DNA of 57,111 bases. Origin: Kiritimatiellia bacterium (GTDB lineage Bacteria; Verrucomicrobiota; Kiritimatiellia; RFP12; UBA1067). Positions 25,865 through 33,744 of this stretch are shown here, one piece after another. The position numbers and the translations under genes were made by a program. Numbering within the stretch: position 1 is the first letter of the stretch; every line of letters starts with the position of its first letter. The stretch is from assembly GCA_017650345.1 (NCBI GenBank), contig JAGCFB010000070.1, positions 1 to 57,111 on the forward strand, in the 5' to 3' direction. The notes beneath the pieces are model-generated. The model did no database searches and was not told the origin of the DNA. It saw only the letters and a program-made list of their open reading frames with translations.

Positions 25865-26995
25865 ATGAAAAAGGCAGTACGCAAGGTTCTGGTCATCAAT
25901 TCCGGTTCGAGCTCGCTCAAGTACCAGCTCTTCGACATGAAGAGCGGAGAGCGTCTCGCAAAGGGGCTCGTCGAGCGCATCGGGTGCGGCGGACCCAAGG
26001 ACCACACCGAGGCCCTCAAGCAGGTCGTCGCCGACCTCGGCGCGCCGAAGGACATCGACGCTATCGGACACCGCGTCCTCCACGGCGCGGAGGTCTTCAA
26101 GGATTCGGTGAAGGTTGACAAGGCGGTCCTCGCAAAGCTCGACAAGCTGGTCAAGTTCGGTCCGCTCCACATGCCGGCGAACATCGGCGGCATCCGCGCG
26201 TGCGAGAAGATCTTCAAGGGCGTCCCGAACGTCGCGGTCTTCGACACGGCCTTCCACCAGACGATGCCCGACTGCGCGGCGATGTACGCCATCGATCCGA
26301 AGTACTACAAGAAGATGGGCATCCGCAAGTACGGCTTCCACGGAACCTCCCACAAGTTCATCACGGAGGAGGCCGCGAAGCTTCTCAAGAAGCCGGTCGG
26401 CAAGGTGAACCTGGTCACGTGCCACATGGGCAACGGCTCCTCGCTCGCCGCCGTCAAGAACGGCGAGTGCGTCGATACGACGATGGGCCTCACGCCGCTC
26501 GCCGGACTCGTCATGGGCACTCGCTGCGGCGACATCGACGCGGCGGCCGTGCTGGCGATCATGGAGGCGGAGAAGAAGACGCCCGCCGAGATGGACACGC
26601 TGCTCAACAAGAAGTCCGGACTCCTCGCCCTCACGGGCTCCAGCGACTGCCGCGACATCTGCACGAAGGCGGAGCAGGGCGACAAGGCCGCCGAGCTCGC
26701 GCTCGAGATGCTCGCGTACAGGACGGCGCTCTACATCGGCGCGTACAACACGGTCGTCGGCGGCGCGGACGCGATCATCATGACCGGCGGCATCGGCGAG
26801 AACTCGACCGAGGTCCGCGAGAGGATCATAAACCGCCTCGGCGCGCTCGGCATCAAGCTCGACAAGAAGGCGAACAAGGTCCGCGGCAAGGTCGCCGTCC
26901 TGTCCGCCAAGGGATCCAAGATCCCCGTCATCGCGCTTCCGACGAACGAGGAGCTCGCCATCGCGCGCGACACGGTTAAAGTATTGGAGAAATAG
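25865..26995 (+). CDS. ackA: Acetate kinase
   Basis: N-terminal KVLVINSGSSSLKYQLFDM, HRVLHGAE, GFHGTSH and the C-terminal IALPTNEELAIARDT are classic AckA motifs. AGGAG lies at 25855-25859, 6 nt before the ATG. Confidence 0.93.
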   Translation: MKKAVRKVLVINSGSSSLKYQLFDMKSGERLAKGLVERIGCGGPKDHTEALKQVVADLGAPKDIDAIGHRVLHGAEVFKDSVKVDKAVLAKLDKLVKFGPLHMPANIGGIRACEKIFKGVPNVAVFDTAFHQTMPDCAAMYAIDPKYYKKMGIRKYGFHGTSHKFITEEAAKLLKKPVGKVNLVTCHMGNGSSLAAVKNGECVDTTMGLTPLAGLVMGTRCGDIDAAAVLAIMEAEKKTPAEMDTLLNKKSGLLALTGSSDCRDICTKAEQGDKAAELALEMLAYRTALYIGAYNTVVGGADAIIMTGGIGENSTEVRERIINRLGALGIKLDKKANKVRGKVAVLSAKGSKIPVIALPTNEELAIARDTVKVLEK

Positions 26996-27005
26996 AAAAG
27001 GAACC

Positions 27006-27058
27006 GGCGCGAGACGCGAGACGCGAGACGCGACATCCCGTCTCTCGTCTGGCGTCTC
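27006..27058 (+). repeat. GCGAGAC-repeat palindromic element in the ackA-pta spacer
   Basis: GCGAGAC is repeated three times in tandem, followed by the imperfect complement CGTCTCTCGTCTGGCGTCTC, giving a hairpin of roughly 20 bp. Its reverse complement matches 45127-45183 inside uvrA (49/53 aligned positions plus one 4-nt indel by my hand alignment). Confidence 0.85.
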
Positions 27059-27081
27059 CCGTCCAAAGGAGAATCAAGATC

Positions 27082-28119
27082 ATGACAGCAATTGAATCTA
27101 TCATAGCGAAGGCTTCGGCCCTCAACGGCACGGTCGTCCTTCCCGAGGGAATGGACGCGCGCGTCATCACTGCGGCGTGCGCATGCGTCGATCGCAAGAT
27201 CTGCACGCCGGTCGTGCTCGGAACGCCCGAGGAGATCGCCATCGCCGAGGCTTCGGCCGGCCTTAGCCTCGCGGCTCGCGGTATCAAGACCATCGACTAC
27301 ACGCAGGGCGACGCGGAGCTCGAGGCGGCGTACCTCGAGGCGTGGAACGCGAAGGAGTCGAGGAAGCCGACCGAGAAGCAGAAGATCATCGACCTTGCGG
27401 CGGCGGAGAAGACGCTCCGCACGAAGAGGATCTACTTCGGCGGAATGATGGTCAAGCTCGGCAGGGTCAACGGACTCGTCGCGGGCTCCATCGCATCGAC
27501 GGGCGACATGCTCCGCGCGGCGTTCCACACGCTCGGCACGCAGAAGGGCGTGAAGACGGCGAGCTCGTGCTTCATCATGGACCTCAAGACCCCGACTCCG
27601 TCCGGCGACTCGGTCCTCGCCTTCGGCGACTGCGCCGTCATCCCCAACCCGACGGCCGAGCAGCTCGTCGATATCGGACTCGCCACCGCGCAGACGTACC
27701 GCGACCTCACCGGCAACGAGCCGCGCGTCGCGTACCTCAGCTTCTCCACCAAGGGGTCCGCCGCTGGCGACCTCGTCGAGAAGGTCCAGAAGGCCGTCGA
27801 GCTCGCGAAGCCGCGCTTCGCCGAGGCGGGAATCAAGATGGACGGCGAGCTCCAGTTCGACGCGGCCATCGCGCCGTCCGTCGGACAGCTCAAGAACCCG
27901 AACGGCGAGATCCAGGGCAACGCGAACGTCTTCATCTTCCCGGACCTCCAGGCGGGCAACATCGGCTACAAGATCGCGCAGCGAATCGGCGGCGCGACGG
28001 CGATCGGCCCGAACCTCCAGGGTCTCGCCAAGGCGATGAACGACCTTTCGCGCGGATGCTCCGCCGAGGACATCGTCGGAACGATCTGCGTGACGCTTCT
28101 TCAGAGCCAGACCAAGTGA
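27082..28119 (+). CDS. pta: Phosphate acetyltransferase (short PTA_PTB type)
   Basis: The 345-aa product contains GMDARVITAA...TPVVLG, GLVAGSIASTGDMLRAA, VFIFPDLQAGNIGYKIAQR and NDLSRGCS. It lies directly after ackA. AAGGAG lies at about 27066-27071. Confidence 0.88.
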   Translation: MTAIESIIAKASALNGTVVLPEGMDARVITAACACVDRKICTPVVLGTPEEIAIAEASAGLSLAARGIKTIDYTQGDAELEAAYLEAWNAKESRKPTEKQKIIDLAAAEKTLRTKRIYFGGMMVKLGRVNGLVAGSIASTGDMLRAAFHTLGTQKGVKTASSCFIMDLKTPTPSGDSVLAFGDCAVIPNPTAEQLVDIGLATAQTYRDLTGNEPRVAYLSFSTKGSAAGDLVEKVQKAVELAKPRFAEAGIKMDGELQFDAAIAPSVGQLKNPNGEIQGNANVFIFPDLQAGNIGYKIAQRIGGATAIGPNLQGLAKAMNDLSRGCSAEDIVGTICVTLLQSQTK

Positions 28120-28133
28120 GGAGGGGCCTCTCC

Positions 28134-29129
28134 ATGACGCCGGAGGACATGCTGAAGCGCGCGCGCGAAGTCTTCGACATCGAGGTCGAGGGGCTTCGCC
28201 GCACCCGCGACTCGCTCGGCGAGAGCTTCACGAAGGCGATCGAGCTGATGCTCGCGTGCGTGAGGAGCGAGGGCATCATCGTCGTCACGGGCGTCGGGAA
28301 GAACCTCGCCATAGCCGAGAAGATGAGCGCGATCTTCGCATCGACGGGGACGCGCTCCATCGTGCTCAACCCCGTGCAGGCGATGCACGGCGACCTCGGC
28401 ATGGTCGCGCCGCGCGACGTCCTTATCGCGCTCAGCTTCTCCGGCGAGTCGGACGAGATACTCCGCCTCATACCGGCGATCCGCCGCCACGGGCTGAAGG
28501 TCGTCTCGATGACCGGCAAGCCGAACTCCACGCTCGCGCAGATGGGCGACATCCACATAGAGATCCCGTGCGGCAAGGAGGCTTGCCCCTTCGGCATGGC
28601 GCCCACCAACTCCACGACTGCGACGATGGCCATGGGCGACGCGCTCGCGATGGTCATGATCGACGCGATGAAGTTCGACCTCTCCAGCTACGCCATGAAC
28701 CATCCGGCGGGCGCGATCGGGCGCGCGCTGGTCCTGAAGGCCGCGGACATCATGCGCACGGGCGACAGGCTCGCCGTGGTCGCGCCGGAGGCGACGGTCA
28801 TGGAGGCGCTGATGGCGATGACCAAGGCGCAGGGCGGCTCCGCCCTCGTCGCCGACGCCGGCGGCAGGCTCCTCGGCATATTCACGGACGGCGACTTCCG
28901 CCGCATAATGGCGGGCGGCGGCAGGAATGACGGCCAGGCCGTGCTTGGCCAGCCCATCTCCCGCTACATGACGCCCTCGCCTATGTTCGTGAGGAGCGAC
29001 GCGTACGCGGCGGAGCTGCTGAAGGTCTTCGAGCGCAAGCGCATAGACGACCTTCCGGTGTGCGACGCGGAGGGACGCGTCGTGGGCCTTGTCGATATCC
29101 AGGACCTTCCGAAGATGAAAGTTCTCTGA
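28134..29129 (+). CDS. kpsF: KpsF/GutQ-family arabinose-5-phosphate isomerase (SIS domain + two CBS domains)
   Basis: SIS motifs are VVTGVGKNLAIAEKM and ALSFSGESDE. The tandem CBS-like C-terminus reads ...GIFTDGDFRR...GLVDIQDL. GAGGAGG lies at 28118-28124 before ATG 28134. The longer track ORF from 27342 overlaps pta and is rejected. Confidence 0.85.
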   Translation: MTPEDMLKRAREVFDIEVEGLRRTRDSLGESFTKAIELMLACVRSEGIIVVTGVGKNLAIAEKMSAIFASTGTRSIVLNPVQAMHGDLGMVAPRDVLIALSFSGESDEILRLIPAIRRHGLKVVSMTGKPNSTLAQMGDIHIEIPCGKEACPFGMAPTNSTTATMAMGDALAMVMIDAMKFDLSSYAMNHPAGAIGRALVLKAADIMRTGDRLAVVAPEATVMEALMAMTKAQGGSALVADAGGRLLGIFTDGDFRRIMAGGGRNDGQAVLGQPISRYMTPSPMFVRSDAYAAELLKVFERKRIDDLPVCDAEGRVVGLVDIQDLPKMKVL

Positions 29130-29137
29130 AAATAGTG

Positions 29138-29143
29138 TATAAT
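29138..29143 (+). promoter_or_regulatory. -10 element TATAAT upstream of the secretin cluster
   Basis: An AT-rich island (29125-29175) follows kpsF. TATAAT lies at 29138-29143 and the purine-rich AAAGGGGAAAG precedes ATG 29176. Confidence 0.45.
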
Positions 29144-29175
29144 ATACCGTTGTAAAAAAGAAAGGGGAAAGCAGA

Positions 29176-29907
29176 ATGAAGAAGATGATTGCTCTGGCGC
29201 TTGCCGCATGCGCGGCCGCGCAGGTTGTGGCCGCCGTCCCGGCGAGGGGCGGGAAGCGCGCCGCCGCGAACGCCGCGCCCGCCGCCGCCGCCAAGGAGGC
29301 CGAGGACGAGCGCCTTTCCATCGAACAGTTTCCCACCATCGGGCGTCAGGCGACGCTCGCCGCGCCGAACGTGCCCGGCACGTCCAACATCCGCGGCAAG
29401 TGCGCCACGAACCAGCGCCGCTGGATAGTGCTCGAGGCGAAGTACCAGACGATGGCGAAGTGGCACGACCGCCTCACCTTCACGTGGCACGTCCTTCTCG
29501 ACTCCAAGACGGCGACGGAGAACAAGAACAACAAGGACGGGCTTCCCCCGTACTCGTACTTCACGACGAGCACGACGTACGCGAACATCCCGCGCGGACG
29601 CCACGCCGCGTCCGTCTGCCTCCATCCCTCCTACTACGAACGCTTCGGCGAGCCGGCCGCGGTCGGCCTCGTCATCACCAACGACAAGGGCGAGGTGCTC
29701 GCGGGCGACTGCGAGAGCCAGGTCAAGGGGATCGAATCGCATCCGAAGTCCGTCGAAGAGGCGTTCTGGAACAAGTCGGACATCATGGAGGCCAAGGTCG
29801 GCAACACGGACGATCCGATGATCGAGCGCCGCGAGGGGCTTCTCGACCGCTCCAAGACGATCTGGGCCCTCGTGAACCCGGACGATTACGAGCTCGTCGC
29901 TCAGTGA
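29176..29907 (+). CDS. Secreted protein of unknown function, first gene of the secretin cluster (positional equivalent of Amuc_1102)
   Basis: Signal peptide MKKMIALALAACAAAQVVAA. No family is recognised by eye. It is followed after a 10-nt gap by the PilM-like gene. Confidence 0.6.
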   Translation: MKKMIALALAACAAAQVVAAVPARGGKRAAANAAPAAAAKEAEDERLSIEQFPTIGRQATLAAPNVPGTSNIRGKCATNQRRWIVLEAKYQTMAKWHDRLTFTWHVLLDSKTATENKNNKDGLPPYSYFTTSTTYANIPRGRHAASVCLHPSYYERFGEPAAVGLVITNDKGEVLAGDCESQVKGIESHPKSVEEAFWNKSDIMEAKVGNTDDPMIERREGLLDRSKTIWALVNPDDYELVAQ

Positions 29908-29917
29908 GGCTGAAAAG

Positions 29918-31534
29918 ATGTCCAAGAAATTCCTGACGCTAGACATAGGCGCGTCGTCTATCACCCTCGCGGAGTACGAGGCGAGCGGCGCGCAGCTCAC
30001 GCTCCTCAACTACGGAACGGCCGCGCTCGCGGCGCCGATCGACTCTGGCGACGCGGACACGATCCTCTCGCCTGCGATCCTCGAGATCGTGCGCGAGAAG
30101 GGTATCAAGCCCGGCAAGGTCGCGGTCTCGCTCTCGGGGCAGATGGTGTTCCCGCGCTTCGCGGCGATCCCGTTCGTCGGCTCCGACGAGCAGAAGTTCG
30201 ACCAGATGGTCCGCTACGAGATCGAGCAGAACATCCCGTTCCCGATCGACGAGATGGTGTGCGACCGCCAGATCCTCGGCGAGACCGAGAACGGCGACAA
30301 GGCCGTCCTCATTGTCGCGGCGAAGGTTGACCAGGTCGAGGCGATAACGAACGCGCTTGTTGCGACGGGCTTCAGTCCGGAGATCGTGGACGTCGCGTCC
30401 CTCTCCGTGATGAACGCGATCCGCGCCGCGGCGCCGGACGACGGCTCGTGCGTCGTCGCGCTCGACATCGGCGCGAAGACGACGTCGCTCGTCATCTCCG
30501 AGGGCGAGAAGCTCTACAACCGCTCCATCCCGGTGGCGGGCAACACGATCACGAAGGAGATCGCGCAGGCGCTCGGCTGCACGCTGGAGGAGGCGGACCG
30601 CATCAAGCGCGAGGAGGCGTACGTCTCCCTGGGCGGCGTCACCGAGGACGAGGACCCGATGCGCGACAAGGTCGCTAAGGTCTGCCGCGCCGTCATGACG
30701 AGGCTCCACGCCGAGCTTTCCCGCTCCATCAACTTCTACCGCAGCCAGCAGGGCGGCGGCACGCCGGTCAAGCTCTACCTCACCGGCGGCACGGCCCTCC
30801 TGCCGCACATCGGCACGTTCTTCGGCGACTCGCTCCAGATCGACGTCGAGCTCTTCAATCCGTTCGAGACGATCGCCGTCGCGCCGTCCATCGACGCCTC
30901 CGCGCTCGAGACGGGCGCCGCGCTCCTCGCGCCGACGGCCGGCCTCGCGCTGCACTGCGCAGGCGCCGCGCGCTACGGCATCAACCTGCTTCCGCAGTCC
31001 ATCCTCGACGCCCGCGCCGAGGTCAAGCGCATCCCGTTCGTCGCCGCAGCGGGCGTCATGTTCGTCGCGGCGGCGGTGTGCGCGCTGCTCGCCGTCGGAC
31101 ACGGCAAGGACGTCGTTGAGAGCAGGCTCGATGCGGCCGAGGCGAAGGCGCGCGAGTTGCAGGACTGGAAGTCGCGCGTTGACAAGGCGCAGAAGTCCGC
31201 CAAGGAAGCCGAGGCCGACGCCGAGGCGCTGCGCGCGCTAGTCATGAAGCGCGCGGCGGCGGGCTTCCGCCTCAACGCGGTCAGGATGGCCATAGGCGAG
31301 GATCTCTGGATCGAGCGCTGGCAGGGCGACAGCGTCACCTTCCGCGGATGGAAGGACCGCGTCGCAGCGTTCGCCGAGCGCGCCGGCAAGGGCCAGACGG
31401 CCCCCGAGATCGTGGTTTCGCGCCTGAAGTCGAATCCGGCGGTGGACCCCGATTCCGTCAAGGTCGTTGACATGACCGCATTCGGCAAGGACGGATGCCT
31501 CGAACAATTCACAGTGGAGCTGAAGTTCAAATGA
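29918..31534 (+). CDS. pilM: PilM-PilN fusion protein (actin-like ATPase fold + PilN-type TM/coiled-coil tail)
   Basis: LTLDIGASSITLAEY and VALDIGAKTTSLVI are actin-fold phosphate motifs as in PilM/FtsA. GINLLPQS is followed by the TM helix IPFVAAAGVMFVAAAVCALLAV and a coiled coil, which is the canonical PilN N-terminus. The stop overlaps the next start (ATGA at 31531-31534). Confidence 0.75.
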   Translation: MSKKFLTLDIGASSITLAEYEASGAQLTLLNYGTAALAAPIDSGDADTILSPAILEIVREKGIKPGKVAVSLSGQMVFPRFAAIPFVGSDEQKFDQMVRYEIEQNIPFPIDEMVCDRQILGETENGDKAVLIVAAKVDQVEAITNALVATGFSPEIVDVASLSVMNAIRAAAPDDGSCVVALDIGAKTTSLVISEGEKLYNRSIPVAGNTITKEIAQALGCTLEEADRIKREEAYVSLGGVTEDEDPMRDKVAKVCRAVMTRLHAELSRSINFYRSQQGGGTPVKLYLTGGTALLPHIGTFFGDSLQIDVELFNPFETIAVAPSIDASALETGAALLAPTAGLALHCAGAARYGINLLPQSILDARAEVKRIPFVAAAGVMFVAAAVCALLAVGHGKDVVESRLDAAEAKARELQDWKSRVDKAQKSAKEAEADAEALRALVMKRAAAGFRLNAVRMAIGEDLWIERWQGDSVTFRGWKDRVAAFAERAGKGQTAPEIVVSRLKSNPAVDPDSVKVVDMTAFGKDGCLEQFTVELKFK

Positions 31535-32574
31535 ACAAGAACCAGATTACAATGGCGGCAATCGGAGGCGTCGCGCTCGTAGCGGCGCTGGCCGTGGGCT
31601 ACCTCGCGTTCAGCGCCAGCGGCGAGAGCGGCGAGAAGTTCGACGAGCTCGAGGGCAAGCGCGCCGAGATATCCAACCTGAAGGGGGCCGCCGTCGCGCC
31701 GTGCGCGGAGTCCGTCAAGAAGATCGACGAGAACAAGGCGGTCCTGGCGTCCTGGCGCGAGCAGGCGTTCGCGCTTGCGGCGAAGGGCGACGCGGCGCCT
31801 GCGGGCGAGACTTCACCGGCTGCGTTCAAGCAGCGCATGGTCGAGGACGCGCGCGAGCTTTCGAGGCTGCCTGGCGGCGTTGACGGCGCGATCGTCAAGC
31901 CCGGCTTCGGCTTCGGGTTTCCCAGCTTCATCAACGAGGGCGCGATGCCCAAGGCCGAGGAGCTCGCGACGCTCGACCGCCAGTGGTCCGAGACGTGCCT
32001 CCTCGTGAAGACGCTCGCCGGGTGCGGAGTGTCCGAGCTCGTCTCCATCGAGCCGGCGCAGGCGAAGCAGGAGGAGGCCGCGCCGAAGGAGAAGCGCGGC
32101 GGACGCGGACGCAAGGCGCCGGAGAAGCCGAAGGAGATCGCGTCCGCCCAGTCGTACTCCATCAAGATGAACGCGAGGCCCGCGGCCTTCGTCAAGGTCA
32201 TGAACGCCATCGCAGAGGGCGACCGCTTCATATGCATCGACAACTTCTCCTTCACGCGCGAGGACGCGCTCGGACGCATCCTCGGCGAGGGCAAGGGCAA
32301 GGCCGGCGCCGAGGAGGCGGCCGCCCCGAAGGAGTCGCGCCGCGGCAGGGGCCGCCGCGGGGCGCAGCAGGCGGACGAGCAGTCCGAGGAGAAGGCGGAG
32401 GTCGCCATGAAGGGGCTCGTCACCGACCCCTCGACCGCCACACTCGCCATCACGCTTGACGTTACGACATTCGACTTCGGCAGCAGGCCCGTCGCGGCGG
32501 CCGAATCCGCGGAAGGCGAAAAGCCGGAGGCGGCAGCGCAGGCCGCGGGGACAGACGACGATGAGGAGGACTAG
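31531..32574 (+). CDS. PilO-like membrane protein, probable homologue of Akkermansia Amuc_1100
   Basis: N-terminal TM helix MAAIGGVALVAALAVGYLAF, then a coiled coil. The blocks SPAAFKQRMVEDARELS, LVKTLAGCGVSELVSIEP, YSIKMNARPAAFVKVMNAIAEGDRFICIDNFSF and LAITLDVTTFDF line up with the Amuc_1100 sequence as I recall it (TPTAFQNELKTFRDSL, LVNKLAECGLSKFIKV, LEIAFQGDRESVLKAMNAITGMQDYLFTVNSI, VFVQVSLNLVHFN). The track start at 31495 is rejected in favour of the ATGA-coupled ATG at 31531. Confidence 0.6.
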   Translation: MNKNQITMAAIGGVALVAALAVGYLAFSASGESGEKFDELEGKRAEISNLKGAAVAPCAESVKKIDENKAVLASWREQAFALAAKGDAAPAGETSPAAFKQRMVEDARELSRLPGGVDGAIVKPGFGFGFPSFINEGAMPKAEELATLDRQWSETCLLVKTLAGCGVSELVSIEPAQAKQEEAAPKEKRGGRGRKAPEKPKEIASAQSYSIKMNARPAAFVKVMNAIAEGDRFICIDNFSFTREDALGRILGEGKGKAGAEEAAAPKESRRGRGRRGAQQADEQSEEKAEVAMKGLVTDPSTATLAITLDVTTFDFGSRPVAAAESAEGEKPEAAAQAAGTDDDEED

Positions 32575-32577
32575 GCA

Positions 32578-33693
32578 ATGATCGGCAAGGAAAGCAAGGG
32601 CTTCTTCGCGGCGCACTGGGACTGGCTTATCGCCGGCCTCGGCGCCCTCGCGCTCGCGGGAGGGGCCGTGTGGATGGTGGTCGAGTCCGGCGCGGACCCC
32701 GACGAGGCGGCGCGCGACGAGGCGGCGTCTCTCGGCTCGTCCGGCGGAAGCGGGGCGAAGAAGATCGACGACGTCGAGATCCTCCCCTACGCGGCGGCCC
32801 TCAAGCTGCTCGAAAGCCCGACCAAGGTCGTGGAGCCAGCCGAGAAGCAGGGGAGCTTCCTCGCGTCCGCGAGGCGCGTGTTCTGCGAGCAGGGCGACGC
32901 GTCGGCGGAGAAGCCGGCGTGCGGACAGCCGATCCCGTTCGGACTCAAGACCTGCCCGCTCTGCGGCGCGAAGCAGCCCGAGGAGGCCAAGGTCTCGCTC
33001 GACTCCGACGGCGACGGCATCCCGGACGAGGTCGAGGTCGCTCTCGGAATGAACCCGAACGACCCGACGGACATCGACGGCGACCTCGACGGCGACGGCT
33101 TCACGAACGCCGAGGAGTTCGCCGCGAAGACGGATCCCAAGGATCCCGCCTCGCATCCCGACTACCTCGATTCGCTCCGCGTCGATCCGAACCTCAAGGC
33201 CGAGCGCCTCGCGTTCTACTTCGAGGCCGTCATGCAGACGCCGGGCGGCGCGAAGTTCTCCTTCAGGGATCCGAAGGCGCGCAACGACAACGGAGGCGTC
33301 GGCAGGACCTACCGCGTGCTCGCCGGCGAGGAGATCGGAACGTCCGGTTTCGTCGTGAAGAGCTACGAGCAGAAGTCCCAGCGCGAGTCGATCAAGGGCA
33401 CCAGCGTCAAGCGCGAGCGCGACACCTCGACCGTGGAGCTCGAGCGCAAGTCCGACGGCAAGCGCGTGACGCTCACGATAGGCGAAAAGCGCTTTGCGGA
33501 CGTGGACATACAGGTCCGGCTCGTCTATGAGCGCGGGGCCGGCAAGGAGTTCACGGTCGTCAAGGGCGACACGATCGAACTCAACGGCGAGAGCTATCTC
33601 GTCAAGTCGATAGCGCGCGACGGAAAGAGCGTGAAGGTCACGTTCGAGAATGCCAAGACGGGAACAAAAACCGTCGAAGCACTTGAACAGTGA
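32578..33693 (+). CDS. Membrane-anchored protein with a Cys4 zinc-ribbon-like motif and TSP3-like Ca-binding repeats (positional equivalent of PilP/Amuc_1099)
   Basis: TM helix WDWLIAGLGALALAGGAVWMVV. Cys pattern CEQGDASAEKPAC...CPLC. Ca-binding repeats DSDGDGIPDEVE and DIDGDLDGDGFTNAEE. The C-terminal domain is beta-rich. Confidence 0.6.
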   Translation: MIGKESKGFFAAHWDWLIAGLGALALAGGAVWMVVESGADPDEAARDEAASLGSSGGSGAKKIDDVEILPYAAALKLLESPTKVVEPAEKQGSFLASARRVFCEQGDASAEKPACGQPIPFGLKTCPLCGAKQPEEAKVSLDSDGDGIPDEVEVALGMNPNDPTDIDGDLDGDGFTNAEEFAAKTDPKDPASHPDYLDSLRVDPNLKAERLAFYFEAVMQTPGGAKFSFRDPKARNDNGGVGRTYRVLAGEEIGTSGFVVKSYEQKSQRESIKGTSVKRERDTSTVELERKSDGKRVTLTIGEKRFADVDIQVRLVYERGAGKEFTVVKGDTIELNGESYLVKSIARDGKSVKVTFENAKTGTKTVEALEQ

Positions 33694-33705
33694 AGAGAAA
33701 TTAGA

Positions 33706-33711
33706 TATAAT
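33706..33711 (+). promoter_or_regulatory. Internal promoter for the secretin gene (TTGAAC-17 nt-TATAAT)
   Basis: TTGAAC lies at 33683-33688, followed by a 17-nt spacer and TATAAT at 33706-33711. AAGGAG lies at 33729-33734 and the ATG at 33745. Confidence 0.55.
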
Positions 33712-33744
33712 TATTTTCAGTAAATCCTAAGGAGCAGCGTTCCA

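Noticed and set aside
13183-26292. 4,369-aa minus-strand ORF, the longest ORF in the track
   Set aside because: It is the codon-aligned mirror frame of the + gene 13609-25785. Its translation is Arg/Ala/Gly/Val/Asp-rich low complexity with no signal peptide or recognisable domain. The + frame has a signal peptide, TSP3 and LamG motifs, and ATGA coupling.
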